Source: a virus. Taken from it: a stretch of 64,000 nucleotides of DNA. Position numbers and translations under genes: made by a program. Shown here in pieces: positions 1 to 9,049 of the stretch (position 1 is the stretch's first letter; the number at the start of each line of letters is the position of its first letter). Where the stretch lies: IMG/VR virus record IMGVR_UViG_3300021339_000006, positions 12,798-76,797 of that record; one strand, 5' to 3'. Under the pieces are notes generated by a model. It was not told the origin of the DNA. It was given only the letters and a program-made list of their open reading frames with translations, and made no database searches.

Positions 1-415
1 AACTCGGAGCCACTTCCACGTCATCATTGTCGTGATTGCTGGGCTGAATAGTGAGCGACGCCGTCGGCTGCTCTCCTTCAGTGAACGCACCAGGCGTGAA
101 CTCCTCGATCCATCCCCAAAACGTGACAGTCGCATCGTCCGGGAACGTGATGGTGATTTGCTGGTTTACAGCAAGCTGCGACATGATTTCCGCCAGCGAC
201 TCAAACGCAAACGCCACCGTGGCGCTGACCTGTGACAACGAGCGCAACTTGCGTGGCGACATTGTGCGCCACGTTGTATTGCGCATCGTTGTCGTGTCGA
301 TCGGACCACCAGCAGTGATGCCTGGAGGTGTGATCTCTTTCTCGTAGAACTTGATATCCGGCGCGCCCGACAAAGTAATGATTGTCGAGAATCCGTCATC
401 GTATCTTTTTCCCAT
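1..415 (-). CDS. major tail tube protein (3' end runs off window)
   Basis: Not in ORF track because truncated. ATG at 415 reads MGKRYDDGFSTIITLSGAPDIKFYEKEITPPGITAGGPIDTTTMRN...ITFPDDATVTFWGWIEEFTPG, a tail-tube-like pattern, downstream of the tail terminator. Confidence 0.7.
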   Translation of the reverse strand, partial: MGKRYDDGFSTIITLSGAPDIKFYEKEITPPGITAGGPIDTTTMRNTTWRTMSPRKLRSLSQVSATVAFAFESLAEIMSQLAVNQQITITFPDDATVTFWGWIEEFTPGAFTEGEQPTASLTIQPSNHDNDDVEVAPS

Positions 416-444
416 AGTTTACTCGCTTTCTGTTTGTTGATTGC

Positions 445-1071
445 TCACGGTGTTTCTGGATAGACCAAAATCTCCACATAGACGGGCGCCGACAACTCTT
501 GTTCGACATAGTCTTGAAGAAGGTTCCCCTCAAAGAGGCTGAGTTGGATTGCGTAACTGTTGACCAGGATCTCGGAAGGAGTATTCACTCCGATACTCGG
601 TCGCTCGTAAGGATTGGCTGTAGCACTGATCCTCACCAACGTCCGATCTACAGGAAACGCATCCGCCAAGGTAAAGGAATAACCAGGCTGGCCTTCATGC
701 GCCACCACTATTTCTCCAATGGTATTCTTGAGAACGGTCACAGTTCCTTCTGGCGCAAGAAGCACGCGATAAGCCAAGACGCCACTACCTGCCCCTGCTG
801 GCCCTTCTGGACCTACATCTCCTTGCGGCCCTGGCTCTCCTTGCGGCCCTGCCTCTCCTGTCAATCCTTGGTTGCCTTGCTGTCCTTGTCCTCCCTGAAT
901 TCCCTGAATGCCCTGCGGCCCCTGTTCTCCTTGCGGCCCTTCTGCCGCAGCATAGGTGGCAATTTGTGCGGCTGTAACGCGCACAGAGGCACCGCCCTGG
1001 GCCGCCTCAAACACTTCCGCCCCTGTGAGGGCGCTGGCTGCGTCAAGCTGTGGGATGGTCTTATTAGCCAT
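445..1071 (-). CDS. collagen-repeat (Gly-X-Y) fibre/whisker protein
   Basis: About 16 consecutive G-X-Y triplets (GPQGEQGPQGIQG...). N-terminus MANKTIPQLDAASALTGAE is typical of fibre-anchoring segments. Confidence 0.75.
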   Translation of the reverse strand: MANKTIPQLDAASALTGAEVFEAAQGGASVRVTAAQIATYAAAEGPQGEQGPQGIQGIQGGQGQQGNQGLTGEAGPQGEPGPQGDVGPEGPAGAGSGVLAYRVLLAPEGTVTVLKNTIGEIVVAHEGQPGYSFTLADAFPVDRTLVRISATANPYERPSIGVNTPSEILVNSYAIQLSLFEGNLLQDYVEQELSAPVYVEILVYPETP

Positions 1072-1567
1072 AAATGCGAAAGTCTCCTTCCTCAGTCACC
1101 CGAACGTCTCCGCCTAGTGTCATTCTCATAAATTCCGGTTCCGGCTCCTCGTCCTCTTCGGACACTGTCAACGTGGCATTGATTGTGAAAAAGTGCCTCC
1201 GTTTCGATCCCACCGTTTCCATGCCCAGTGAGAGCACGCCACTGCTCCTTGAAACGTTGTGAACAAGATAGGCGCCCTCAGAAGTTAGCGCAACAGAAAC
1301 CCTTCTCACCGAGTCCAACTGGAGCGCAACGTCGCGAGCAAACTGCCACGTTTCCACATAAGCCTTCCCGCGGATGGTAATCTGGATGCCAGGATGTTCG
1401 ATCTGTTCCCCAGACCGCATGAGCCTTCCATCCTTGCGAGGATCGGTATCATAAACACAAAGAGCAATGTCTGGTTCCTCAGGGAAGAAAGCCACGTAAG
1501 AATTCTCAGTCGTCACCAATGCCAAGTCGATTAGCAACTGACGAATAATATCTGAGTAGGGCATCAT
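1064..1567 (-). CDS. tail terminator / minor capsid protein family
   Basis: VYDT..G...EHPGIQITIRG pattern and position after the gp10-like gene. Start moved to MMPYSD (ATGA overlap). Confidence 0.65.
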   Translation of the reverse strand: MMPYSDIIRQLLIDLALVTTENSYVAFFPEEPDIALCVYDTDPRKDGRLMRSGEQIEHPGIQITIRGKAYVETWQFARDVALQLDSVRRVSVALTSEGAYLVHNVSRSSGVLSLGMETVGSKRRHFFTINATLTVSEEDEEPEPEFMRMTLGGDVRVTEEGDFRIYG

Positions 1568-2049
1568 AAGATTTTCTTTATCTCGTCTCCTACAACCTGC
1601 CGCAACGTTGGGCCGAATTCCCTGAAAGGTTCTTCGAGGAATTTGGGCTGTGCCTTGCCCTGCGGATCCCAATAACGACCACCCTTCCTAAACTGCCCGC
1701 CCTTCGTGTCACGCACCCTGCCTGCGCTGTCCACTGATCCTCCCATTCTCGGCTGTCCTTTGAGGCGCATTCCTGGCGGCCAGATCTCTCTGTTCTCGTG
1801 GACGTAGATGGCGTATCCAGCGGTAAAGCCAACGTTGACCACGGTCTTGACCGCCTCGCCCTCAGCGCGCGTAAACGCAGACGCTTTGAGGATGCCAAAA
1901 TTGACTGGAACTTTGAGCTGGGCTTCTCGCTGTAGCAGCAAGCCGGCTTTCTTCAGCCCTCGTGCCACAGCCAAACCGATCTTCCGTTCTGCACCTTTGA
2001 TATTGCGCAACACGTTCTCCGTTCCAATGAATCCTGCATCAATCTTCAT
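1564..2049 (-). CDS. HK97 gp10-like tail completion/neck protein
   Basis: VPVNFGILKAS...VGFTAGYAIYVHE...QPKFLEEP pattern and synteny. Confidence 0.75.
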   Translation of the reverse strand: MKIDAGFIGTENVLRNIKGAERKIGLAVARGLKKAGLLLQREAQLKVPVNFGILKASAFTRAEGEAVKTVVNVGFTAGYAIYVHENREIWPPGMRLKGQPRMGGSVDSAGRVRDTKGGQFRKGGRYWDPQGKAQPKFLEEPFREFGPTLRQVVGDEIKKIL

Positions 2050-2384
2050 ATAAACGCAGTCAGCAACCACTCCGTCGCGCGCAGGTTTGGATTTTGATCG
2101 AACCGACGTATCTCGTCCGACGCCACTTCCATCGGATCGTCAGGAATGTCCGATGGCATTTCGCCTAACATTAACCTGTCTCCGGCAGACATGATACGAT
2201 CCACATAAACCACAGCCTTGGATATTTGACGCTCTCCCTTGGAATCAAGGAACTCCTGCGCAGTGCCATCCCACCGACAATCAATCTCAACAGGTTCATC
2301 AAAGGAAAAAGTGCCATAGTGGTCAGCATCCAAACGCTTCCACCATATCGCCTTCTGCCTGCGCATCCTTCGAATCAAACTCAC
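2046..2384 (-). CDS. head closure (stopper) protein
   Basis: D.YG..F..PVEIDCRW...G....S.AVVYVD pattern. GTG start overlaps the upstream stop (GTGA). Confidence 0.65.
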   Translation of the reverse strand: MSLIRRMRRQKAIWWKRLDADHYGTFSFDEPVEIDCRWDGTAQEFLDSKGERQISKAVVYVDRIMSAGDRLMLGEMPSDIPDDPMEVASDEIRRFDQNPNLRATEWLLTAFI

Positions 2385-3019
2385 GCTGCCACCTCCAGTT
2401 TCAAGTAATCGTGAAACGCTTGGAAGTCCATAAAAGGAAAACAAGTGAGACGTGAAGTTCCGTCTGTGACGTTTAACACCTCGACACCTGCTGGAAGCTC
2501 CTTCCGTATTGTGAGGAAGCCACGCATGAAACGCTCAAACGCTTTATCCTTGGTCAACGTGGTGTTGAACTTGTGCCAGTGGGATTCCTTCGCGGCTGAG
2601 TTGCACAAGTCGTAACCGAGCAGGAAGATACGCTGCGCGCCTAATGAGATCGCTAAGTTGATCGCCATTGCACCCGTTGAGTAGTTCCATCCGAGAGTGT
2701 CGCCATCGTGGAGACCGTCGCGCACGCGCTTCATCTTCAGTAACTGTGGCACGTCCCATCCTTCCAGCCCAGCGTTTGTTACAAGTCGGTTGGTAAATAC
2801 TTCTTTGAGGTCTGGAAGTGCTTGGCGCATCCACCATGCCAGATCACCGAAGCATCCAATCTTTATGATGTCATTTCCGAGGCGGCAGGCGTCGTTGCAT
2901 CCAATTGTGTTCCTGCCACTGAGAAGCTGAAAATCAAAGCGGCGCAAAGAAGGGCCGCCTCCAATCAAGAAACAGTCCTGTCCATTCCACTCACGGTCCG
3001 GGATCCAGTAAGCGTTCAT
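2381..3019 (-). CDS. Maf/DUF115/GT42 (sialyltransferase-like) family protein
   Basis: LIGGGPSL, IGCND and STGAMAINLAISLGAQRIFLLGYDL match the GxGPS...LG...I.LLGxD signature. Confidence 0.65.
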   Translation of the reverse strand: MNAYWIPDREWNGQDCFLIGGGPSLRRFDFQLLSGRNTIGCNDACRLGNDIIKIGCFGDLAWWMRQALPDLKEVFTNRLVTNAGLEGWDVPQLLKMKRVRDGLHDGDTLGWNYSTGAMAINLAISLGAQRIFLLGYDLCNSAAKESHWHKFNTTLTKDKAFERFMRGFLTIRKELPAGVEVLNVTDGTSRLTCFPFMDFQAFHDYLKLEVAA

Positions 3020-3386
3020 CAGCAGTGCGTCCCAACCAAAGGACGCTAGGGCGGCGTTTTCCTGACGCTAATGCCCGTAGGCTTCCACTTGTGTCAAGGG
3101 TTTGTGCCATTTGCCCGTAATGCGATGTGTTTAGGCCTAGGGCAACGGCGCTTTGATAGCTGGCGCTCACTGGGCCGGCTTTTTCTGCCGTGGTGCGCGG
3201 ATCGCGAACGGTGTAGAAATGCGCAGCAAGCCATGTCTCGACTAGCTGCAAACGCTCTGTGGACAATTCACTGCCCTCAGCGATCTGCTCAACAAGCGCG
3301 TTTGCAGCTAGGATAAAGGGATCGAGGTTAATCAACGGATCGACCTCAATAATCCCTGCGACTAATTCTGTGGTGGTGCGTGGCAC
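2991..3386 (-). CDS. head-tail adaptor protein
   Basis: WLAAHF...EKAGPVSASY...TSHYGQMA pattern, located after the capsid genes. Confidence 0.7.
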   Translation of the reverse strand: MPRTTTELVAGIIEVDPLINLDPFILAANALVEQIAEGSELSTERLQLVETWLAAHFYTVRDPRTTAEKAGPVSASYQSAVALGLNTSHYGQMAQTLDTSGSLRALASGKRRPSVLWLGRTADERLLDPGP

Positions 3387-3389
3387 GAT

Positions 3390-3860
3390 TTACTTGTGGT
3401 GTGCCCTCTTGGCCTTAGCAGCTTTCTTTGCGCTGCTCTCTTCACCCTCGTCTTCGTCCTCGTCCTCACTCCACTTGTCACCCTTGTCAGCGGCAGCCTT
3501 CTTGGCACCCTTACTGATGGTGGCCGTTTGCAGGTGGGCACCATCAGCGCGTGACTCCTGCCCTGCGCGTGCTGTGCTCCCTGTGTCCTTGACATGCGTC
3601 CCTGCGAGCTGTGTCGAATCGCCCACTGGCTGGGCTTCCTCGTCCTCGTCCTGGTTCCCCAGCTTGAGACCCTTGGGCAGTGGTGCGCCTGGGCTGCCAG
3701 GAGCGCCAAAGGGCCGCCTGGGCTCGCTGCGGTCGCCATCGACACGCTCGAACTTCTCAGGAAACATGGCATCGAGGTCGGCATTTGTGGTGACAACCTC
3801 GTCCTTGCGATAGACCCTGCCGCCTTCGCGGTGTGTCCCTAATTTGACTCTGAACTTCAT
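3390..3860 (-). CDS. hypothetical protein downstream of MCP (packaging-chaperone position), charged low-complexity C-terminus
   Basis: ORF spacing, position and acidic/basic tail. Confidence 0.55.
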   Translation of the reverse strand: MKFRVKLGTHREGGRVYRKDEVVTTNADLDAMFPEKFERVDGDRSEPRRPFGAPGSPGAPLPKGLKLGNQDEDEEAQPVGDSTQLAGTHVKDTGSTARAGQESRADGAHLQTATISKGAKKAAADKGDKWSEDEDEDEGEESSAKKAAKAKRAHHK

Positions 3861-3899
3861 TTTCGTTCTTTCGTTTACTGGTTAATGGTTTCAGTCACT

Positions 3900-4964
3900 T
3901 CAGGGAGCCACGCCGTGGACAATACCAGTCTGTCCATCGTAGTCCGAGCGAAGCTGCGGAACCCAGATCGCCATCACTTTGAAATGCACGCGCATTCCGC
4001 CGTCCGTCTCCCACTGCAAGGTGGTGATGTCCATACCATTCACGAGCCGCGCCACGTCGCTCGTCATTTGCACGAGGATCATTTGGAAGCCAGTGAGGTA
4101 ATCGACAGTTTGGATTTCCGACACGCCGTTGATCTGCATCAAACGCTGGCGGACGGAGTTGTCTCCCTTCTCGTCGCTGTAGTCATTGTCCAAGAACAAG
4201 TCCCAGTCCGGCGAGACGTAGAGCGTCCACGGGCCGAAGTAGTTATTGTTGGTGGACAACTGGCGCATCTCGAGCACCTCGTTGAGCAAGGTCTTCGGAG
4301 TCCAACCACTTGCTGTCGGATTCGTCAACACCTGAGTCAACCGCCCAATGTAATTGGTGAGGCCGTAAACAGTCCCGCCGCCGTAGCTGTATGTCCCAGC
4401 AGTGCCGAGGAACAGTTTCTCAGCCTCTTCCGTCACCTTGCGCGCAGCCAACTGCGCTGTCGTGGTGTCCACGCCCTGACCATTGTTGCGGGAGACCGCA
4501 ATCTGGCGTGCGTTGAAGAAGAAGTCCTTGTGAATCACGGGCAACGGAAGGTTGATCGTGTCCGTCTCAGGGCGATCGCCTTCGCTCTTACGCGCCGGAT
4601 CCATGCTGATGGTCGCCGGTGTGATGTCGCCCATCCGATCCGACTCAAGCACTGTTTTACCCATGCCGTTGGGCACAGTGTAAACCAAGCCCTTGCTGCG
4701 GAAGTCCGAAATGATCCGGAGCCGTTCACGCGCAGCCATTGTCACTGCGTCGTCGATCTGTTTCCACTCGTCTTTGCGCAAAGTGGCGTTCCGAGTCAAC
4801 ACTGGTGTGGACACCAGCTTGTTGGTTCGGAGGTCCTTTGTGGCAATGTAGTGCCGCCCGTCATCCCCAACCCAGGGACGCAGTGTGGCAACGTCGAAGC
4901 CGTTGGTAAGGAGCGTCGAAGCGACGTTCCCTATGGCGCGGCCATTGTAAATGAAGTCTTTCAT
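3900..4964 (-). CDS. major capsid protein (HK97 fold, encapsulin/linocin M18-like family)
   Basis: TLRKDEWKQIDDAV, LPLPVIHKDF and GLTN motifs. 354 aa, follows protease and decoration genes. Confidence 0.85.
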   Translation of the reverse strand: MKDFIYNGRAIGNVASTLLTNGFDVATLRPWVGDDGRHYIATKDLRTNKLVSTPVLTRNATLRKDEWKQIDDAVTMAARERLRIISDFRSKGLVYTVPNGMGKTVLESDRMGDITPATISMDPARKSEGDRPETDTINLPLPVIHKDFFFNARQIAVSRNNGQGVDTTTAQLAARKVTEEAEKLFLGTAGTYSYGGGTVYGLTNYIGRLTQVLTNPTASGWTPKTLLNEVLEMRQLSTNNNYFGPWTLYVSPDWDLFLDNDYSDEKGDNSVRQRLMQINGVSEIQTVDYLTGFQMILVQMTSDVARLVNGMDITTLQWETDGGMRVHFKVMAIWVPQLRSDYDGQTGIVHGVAP

Positions 4965-4999
4965 TTGTTCTTAATGTTTACTGGTTAATCGGCCGTCCG

Positions 5000-5434
5000 T
5001 CACAAGATACGAACACGCACGCGAGTATCAACTTCCGCGGCGGAATCGCTCAAGTCCATTTCTTCGAGTGGAACGCCAATTCGCACGTCCGTCCCGCCAG
5101 CAACCTTCAGCGTCCCATCACCATTGCTGGTGAGAAACTCATTAGGTGTGCAATGCTCGCCTGCCGCAAGGAAGGCAAACACAACGTCTCCAGACTTCTG
5201 GACGCCGACGGCAACGAGTTCGCCGACTGCGTAATTGTCACTGATGCCGCGGCCCTGCAGCGCATCTTCCAGCGCAAAGGTTTTCTCCGCGTGCCCGCCT
5301 GCTGTGCCGTGCGGGATCAAATTCCCAGCACTGTTAAGCGCAACGAGCATACCCGGCGTGATGATGGCAGCCGCGCGCCCTTCTTCGTGGAACCCTTCTC
5401 CCTTGAGTTGGATTCGTGTTGGTCGTGTTTTCAT
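5000..5434 (-). CDS. head decoration/cement protein
   Basis: Small beta-rich protein (ITPGMLV...LTSNGDGTLK) between protease and MCP. Confidence 0.7.
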   Translation of the reverse strand: MKTRPTRIQLKGEGFHEEGRAAAIITPGMLVALNSAGNLIPHGTAGGHAEKTFALEDALQGRGISDNYAVGELVAVGVQKSGDVVFAFLAAGEHCTPNEFLTSNGDGTLKVAGGTDVRIGVPLEEMDLSDSAAEVDTRVRVRIL

Positions 5435-5468
5435 CGTTTTGTTTTAGTGATGTATGTGATCTGACGCG

Positions 5469-6932
5469 TTAGGCGGCAGCCGTCTTCTTGTCAAAGTTCA
5501 TCACCGGAATTTCCAACGGCGCCTCACCAGAGGTCGTTGCGTTGCCGACCGGTGCCATTCCCGCATAGCTTGCCTGCGCAGTCTCAGAGGTCGCAGCCGA
5601 CAAGCGGGCCAGTTTGCGCAGCTCACCAAGCGGCCGCGTGTTCAATTCTTCCTTCGCGAACTCGTTGCTCTCGTTGGCAAGGATAACATCGACCAGCTTG
5701 GTCTTTTCCTCGTTGAGAGACTGCATTGAGTTGCGCAACACTTCCCGCACTTCGGGCGGAGCATTGTCCACGTATTCCTGCACGTTGACAACCTTCGGAG
5801 GAGCCGAAGGTGTGACAGGAGGCGGAACCACCGGCGGCGCGGCCGGAGGTGTCACGGGAGGTGCAACAGGTGGAGGTGTTGCTGGCGGCGTGATGCCGTT
5901 CACAACAATGTCCAACTGCTTATCGTTGTAAGCCATCAAAGCTGCGCGGTCGGTCTCTGCCCACCCCGCATTCGCTGCAATGATGCCGTCCACTTTTTCT
6001 TTTTGTGTCTTCATCGCGGTTGTTTCTGTTTCTTCTTCTGCGGGACGGTGGTTCCCAACAAAGGAACCATCAACCGTCCGGTATTCAGTGACTCGCTTTA
6101 CCTTAACCGGCGTCTCGTCACTCAACGAAACGTCAGTGTCATTTGACATGTAACCGAGCCGCCAAAATTCATTCTCCTTCTCGTAAATAAAGAAGTTGGA
6201 GAACACATCCACCACCCAAATGTAAGGGCCGTTCTCACCGACCTTGAGTTGGTCGCGCAGCTTTTGGGAAAGCGCGCTGTGGATGTTACTGTAAGACATT
6301 TCGTTGTCTGCCAGTCCCATCTTTGTCAGCAACTGATGGAAAGCCTGACCAACCGGCGATCGCTTATCCGCTGCTTGGTTGCGAAGGAAGCCGGCACCGT
6401 CAGCAATCGAACAAGCGCCGATCTGGTCAGGCAGTAACGCAAGATGGTCGGGCCGGTAGTTGCGCGCAACGAGGCTGTAATCCTCGGACTTCCATTTGCC
6501 CGTCGTGTTCTCTCCGTCGAAAAATAATCCAGTGGAAAGCTCCATCATCTCTTTCGCCTTCACTGCCTTAAGGATTCGATCGTCGATCAAATCGGCGCGG
6601 TCCTTTTCAATCCACGCCTCGCTGGTGAGTCTGTTGTTGGCGAACTTAGTGTTGAGCATCAAACCAACCTTGCGGTTGTTGATAACGTCGGGTTGGCACG
6701 CACTGATCCCTTCGCCGTTCAGCGTCGGATGGTAAACCACCACTGGTTTGTGATTCCAAACCTCAGGTGTCTTTTCCAACTCGTCCTTTGGATAAAACAC
6801 AGGGCCGGCCGATCCTGCATGGACGCCCTCAGTGAGGATAACCATCGGAACCACCACATGAGTGCGTCCTTCCAGCGTTTCCTCACGTGAATTTGCAGCC
6901 ATTAAATTGAGTGTGATCTTTGAGTAAGTCAT
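5469..6932 (-). CDS. prohead maturation protease-scaffold fusion (DUF2213-like)
   Basis: KPVVVYHP, ELSTG and PDHLALLP..GAC motifs. Pro-rich linker and helical C-terminus. Confidence 0.8.
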   Translation of the reverse strand: MTYSKITLNLMAANSREETLEGRTHVVVPMVILTEGVHAGSAGPVFYPKDELEKTPEVWNHKPVVVYHPTLNGEGISACQPDVINNRKVGLMLNTKFANNRLTSEAWIEKDRADLIDDRILKAVKAKEMMELSTGLFFDGENTTGKWKSEDYSLVARNYRPDHLALLPDQIGACSIADGAGFLRNQAADKRSPVGQAFHQLLTKMGLADNEMSYSNIHSALSQKLRDQLKVGENGPYIWVVDVFSNFFIYEKENEFWRLGYMSNDTDVSLSDETPVKVKRVTEYRTVDGSFVGNHRPAEEETETTAMKTQKEKVDGIIAANAGWAETDRAALMAYNDKQLDIVVNGITPPATPPPVAPPVTPPAAPPVVPPPVTPSAPPKVVNVQEYVDNAPPEVREVLRNSMQSLNEEKTKLVDVILANESNEFAKEELNTRPLGELRKLARLSAATSETAQASYAGMAPVGNATTSGEAPLEIPVMNFDKKTAAA

Positions 6933-6980
6933 GGTTGGTGTGTCTCCTCCATTCGTGGGCGCTTGTTCCGCACAGCCATC

Positions 6981-7018
6981 TACGCGGGCAAGATAGGACT
7001 GAGCCTGGCAGGAGTAAA
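6981..7018 (-). promoter_or_regulatory. putative sigma70-like promoter for the head operon
   Basis: TTTACT-N17-TATCTT on the minus strand upstream of the protease gene. Confidence 0.4.
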
Positions 7019-7029
7019 GGAAAACCTAC

Positions 7030-7431
7030 TTAGTTTCCAGCTTCTTGTTTTTGCTGGGACTCGAGTAGGGCATCGGCCGGATTGGATGGAATGAACGGTC
7101 TCAGAAGGATGCAGTTGTTGAAAAGATTCTGCACCGTCTGCTCGGGATCGTCCGATATGAGAGCGCGTAGTTCCGAGGGTGTGATAGCGTTAGCAAAAGC
7201 ATCCGTGAGAACCTTCAACGACTCTCCCACAAGTTGGTATTGCAAAACTGTTGTCCGCATTTGATCCACCAAGGCTGTTGTGCCAGACCGCTGGTGGCTT
7301 TGCACCGTTGTGACAATGCGCCGCCATCGCCGCTCCACCTCCTCAGTTGGAATGCCCATCTTACAAGAGATGCGGGCGTTGGTCATTCCCATGGACTTGT
7401 ATTTGACTATCAAGGCATCATCGGTGAGCAC
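7030..7431 (-). CDS. hypothetical protein with possible N-terminal HTH
   Basis: GMTNARISCKMGIPTEEVERRW resembles a helix-turn-helix. Confidence 0.5.
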   Translation of the reverse strand: MLTDDALIVKYKSMGMTNARISCKMGIPTEEVERRWRRIVTTVQSHQRSGTTALVDQMRTTVLQYQLVGESLKVLTDAFANAITPSELRALISDDPEQTVQNLFNNCILLRPFIPSNPADALLESQQKQEAGN

Positions 7432-8246
7432 GCTGTCCTCCTTATTGAAATATAATCGAAAAGCACTTTGCGATTCTGACTGGACTGGATCGGATTCTTG
7501 TAATCACCAAACGGTGCGGGATGCCAACGATGGAGCAAGCCTAGCCGATCGTTGAGTTCGATCAGCTCTCGCGCCTTGCGCCGACTGATTTCTTCCCGAC
7601 ACCTTTGCGTCACGTTGTCCATACGCAAGTCTCCGGGCAGTGGGTCGGCTTGCTGTTGGTGGTGCTCCAGCATGTAAATTTGCTGGTAATCCTCCCACCC
7701 GTGTCCTTTGAATTCAGAAACGCAGCCACCCAACTCGAGGTAATCCAAACGCCGACAAATGAAATTCGTGCCAGCTGGAAACGGGTAGCTCGATGGATGC
7801 TCGATAAGGTGGTAATACTCCGACACGAGAATGGGCATCTTGCTTGGTGATAAGTTGGAAATCGACGTCCCCTGATCCATGTAATACATGCCACCATTGA
7901 ACCACTGCCGAGGCTGCGCCGTTTCCAGGATTGGGAGCAACTCTGTGAAATAGCGCGTGTGGGCAATGCAGTCCACGTCGAGCTTCATAATCCAATCAGA
8001 TTTGGCAAGTGCCGCGCCCACGTTGTGGTAGTGACCGATCGAACGAGGTGCTCGATCGCTGCTCCTGCAATCCACAAATTGCAATGCCTCGCACTCATAC
8101 TGGAGTGCCCACTCTGGAATCGTGCTAGGGGAAATGAGCATGTGACACACGCCTTGCGTAGGCGCGGCACAAACGGATTTCAACCACAAGGTCAGCATCT
8201 CCGGCCGATTCCAATAAGGTGTGATGGTGGTGAGGATTGGTTTCAT
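7410..8246 (-). CDS. glycosyltransferase (GT2/GT7-like, GT-A fold)
   Basis: ITPYWNR, NVGA, KLDVD (DxD), GG..SEFKGHGWED and LHRWH motifs. Confidence 0.8.
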   Translation of the reverse strand: MKPILTTITPYWNRPEMLTLWLKSVCAAPTQGVCHMLISPSTIPEWALQYECEALQFVDCRSSDRAPRSIGHYHNVGAALAKSDWIMKLDVDCIAHTRYFTELLPILETAQPRQWFNGGMYYMDQGTSISNLSPSKMPILVSEYYHLIEHPSSYPFPAGTNFICRRLDYLELGGCVSEFKGHGWEDYQQIYMLEHHQQQADPLPGDLRMDNVTQRCREEISRRKARELIELNDRLGLLHRWHPAPFGDYKNPIQSSQNRKVLFDYISIRRTACSPMMP

Positions 8247-8416
8247 TCTGCTTTTGCGTTTCTTAGGATCTTGTCTGGATTGGCGCCTTTGAGTTTTAGT
8301 AGCACCCGCAGAATACGATTCTCATCACGTGCGGCATCATTCTTCTTTTGGGTAATAATGTCAGCCTTGCGCTCGGTAATGACTCCAAGTTTCGGTCTTC
8401 CAACGCGCGCTTTCAT
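8243..8416 (-). CDS. small basic hypothetical protein (57 aa)
   Basis: Fills the gap exactly, with ATGA overlaps at both ends (MKARVGRPKLG...NAKAE). Confidence 0.55.
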   Translation of the reverse strand: MKARVGRPKLGVITERKADIITQKKNDAARDENRILRVLLKLKGANPDKILRNAKAE

Positions 8417-9048
8417 TTCCGAGAATAGTATCTGTCGCCCCAGCCTTGTTTCATCATCTTTGTTTCTTTGGGAAACAACTGAAACTTGGCAAGGTGGTCG
8501 TCGATCTCTGGCGTGAGTGGACAGTCCTTGTAAAGGTGCTTCTCATTCACCTCAATGTAGGCGTGATCAAACTTCCAAAGCAGATCGCCCATCCCGCGCA
8601 ACGCCATCAGCTCTGCTCCCTGCAAGTCCGCATTGAGAAACCATCCCGGCCCTACAATGTCTTTCAACGCCCAACAGTGCAACAGGGTATCCAACCGAAT
8701 CGTTCGCATTGGGTGATCCTTAATGAACTTGGTGGTTGGGTGTTCCTTCGCGTGCGTGTCAAACGCCAAGAAGCTGGAACTTTGTGACTCGTTGTTGGCT
8801 TCATGAAACATTACCTGCTCCCCGTCGTGCTCACCCAAGCACGCACAGATTGCGAAGTTGCCTGGAAACGTTGCCAGCTTGCGCACCAGCTGCTGGTGTA
8901 TATGGGGCAATGCTTCCACCCATATCACCTTCCGAATGCCCAGGGCGGCATACGCCTGCGCTTCCTGCCCGAGATTAGCACCAAGGTGGAGGACGCCAGG
9001 TGTTTGAATGTTGTGGCGTTTGAAGAGTTCATCGAAGGGGATTAGCAT
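8413..9048 (-). CDS. FkbM-family SAM-dependent methyltransferase
   Basis: LHLGANLGQE, WVEA and LNADLQGAELMALRG motifs. Confidence 0.85.
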   Translation of the reverse strand: MLIPFDELFKRHNIQTPGVLHLGANLGQEAQAYAALGIRKVIWVEALPHIHQQLVRKLATFPGNFAICACLGEHDGEQVMFHEANNESQSSSFLAFDTHAKEHPTTKFIKDHPMRTIRLDTLLHCWALKDIVGPGWFLNADLQGAELMALRGMGDLLWKFDHAYIEVNEKHLYKDCPLTPEIDDHLAKFQLFPKETKMMKQGWGDRYYSRK

Positions 9049-9049
9049 A

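Noticed and set aside
3900-4964. Bacterial encapsulin nanocompartment
   Set aside because: Flanked by protease, decoration, neck and portal genes, so it is the phage capsid protein.
3885-4988. 367-aa plus-strand ORF (similarly 44661-45608, 45800-46849, 59036-59965)
   Set aside because: Mirror frames of well-supported genes, expected from codon bias.
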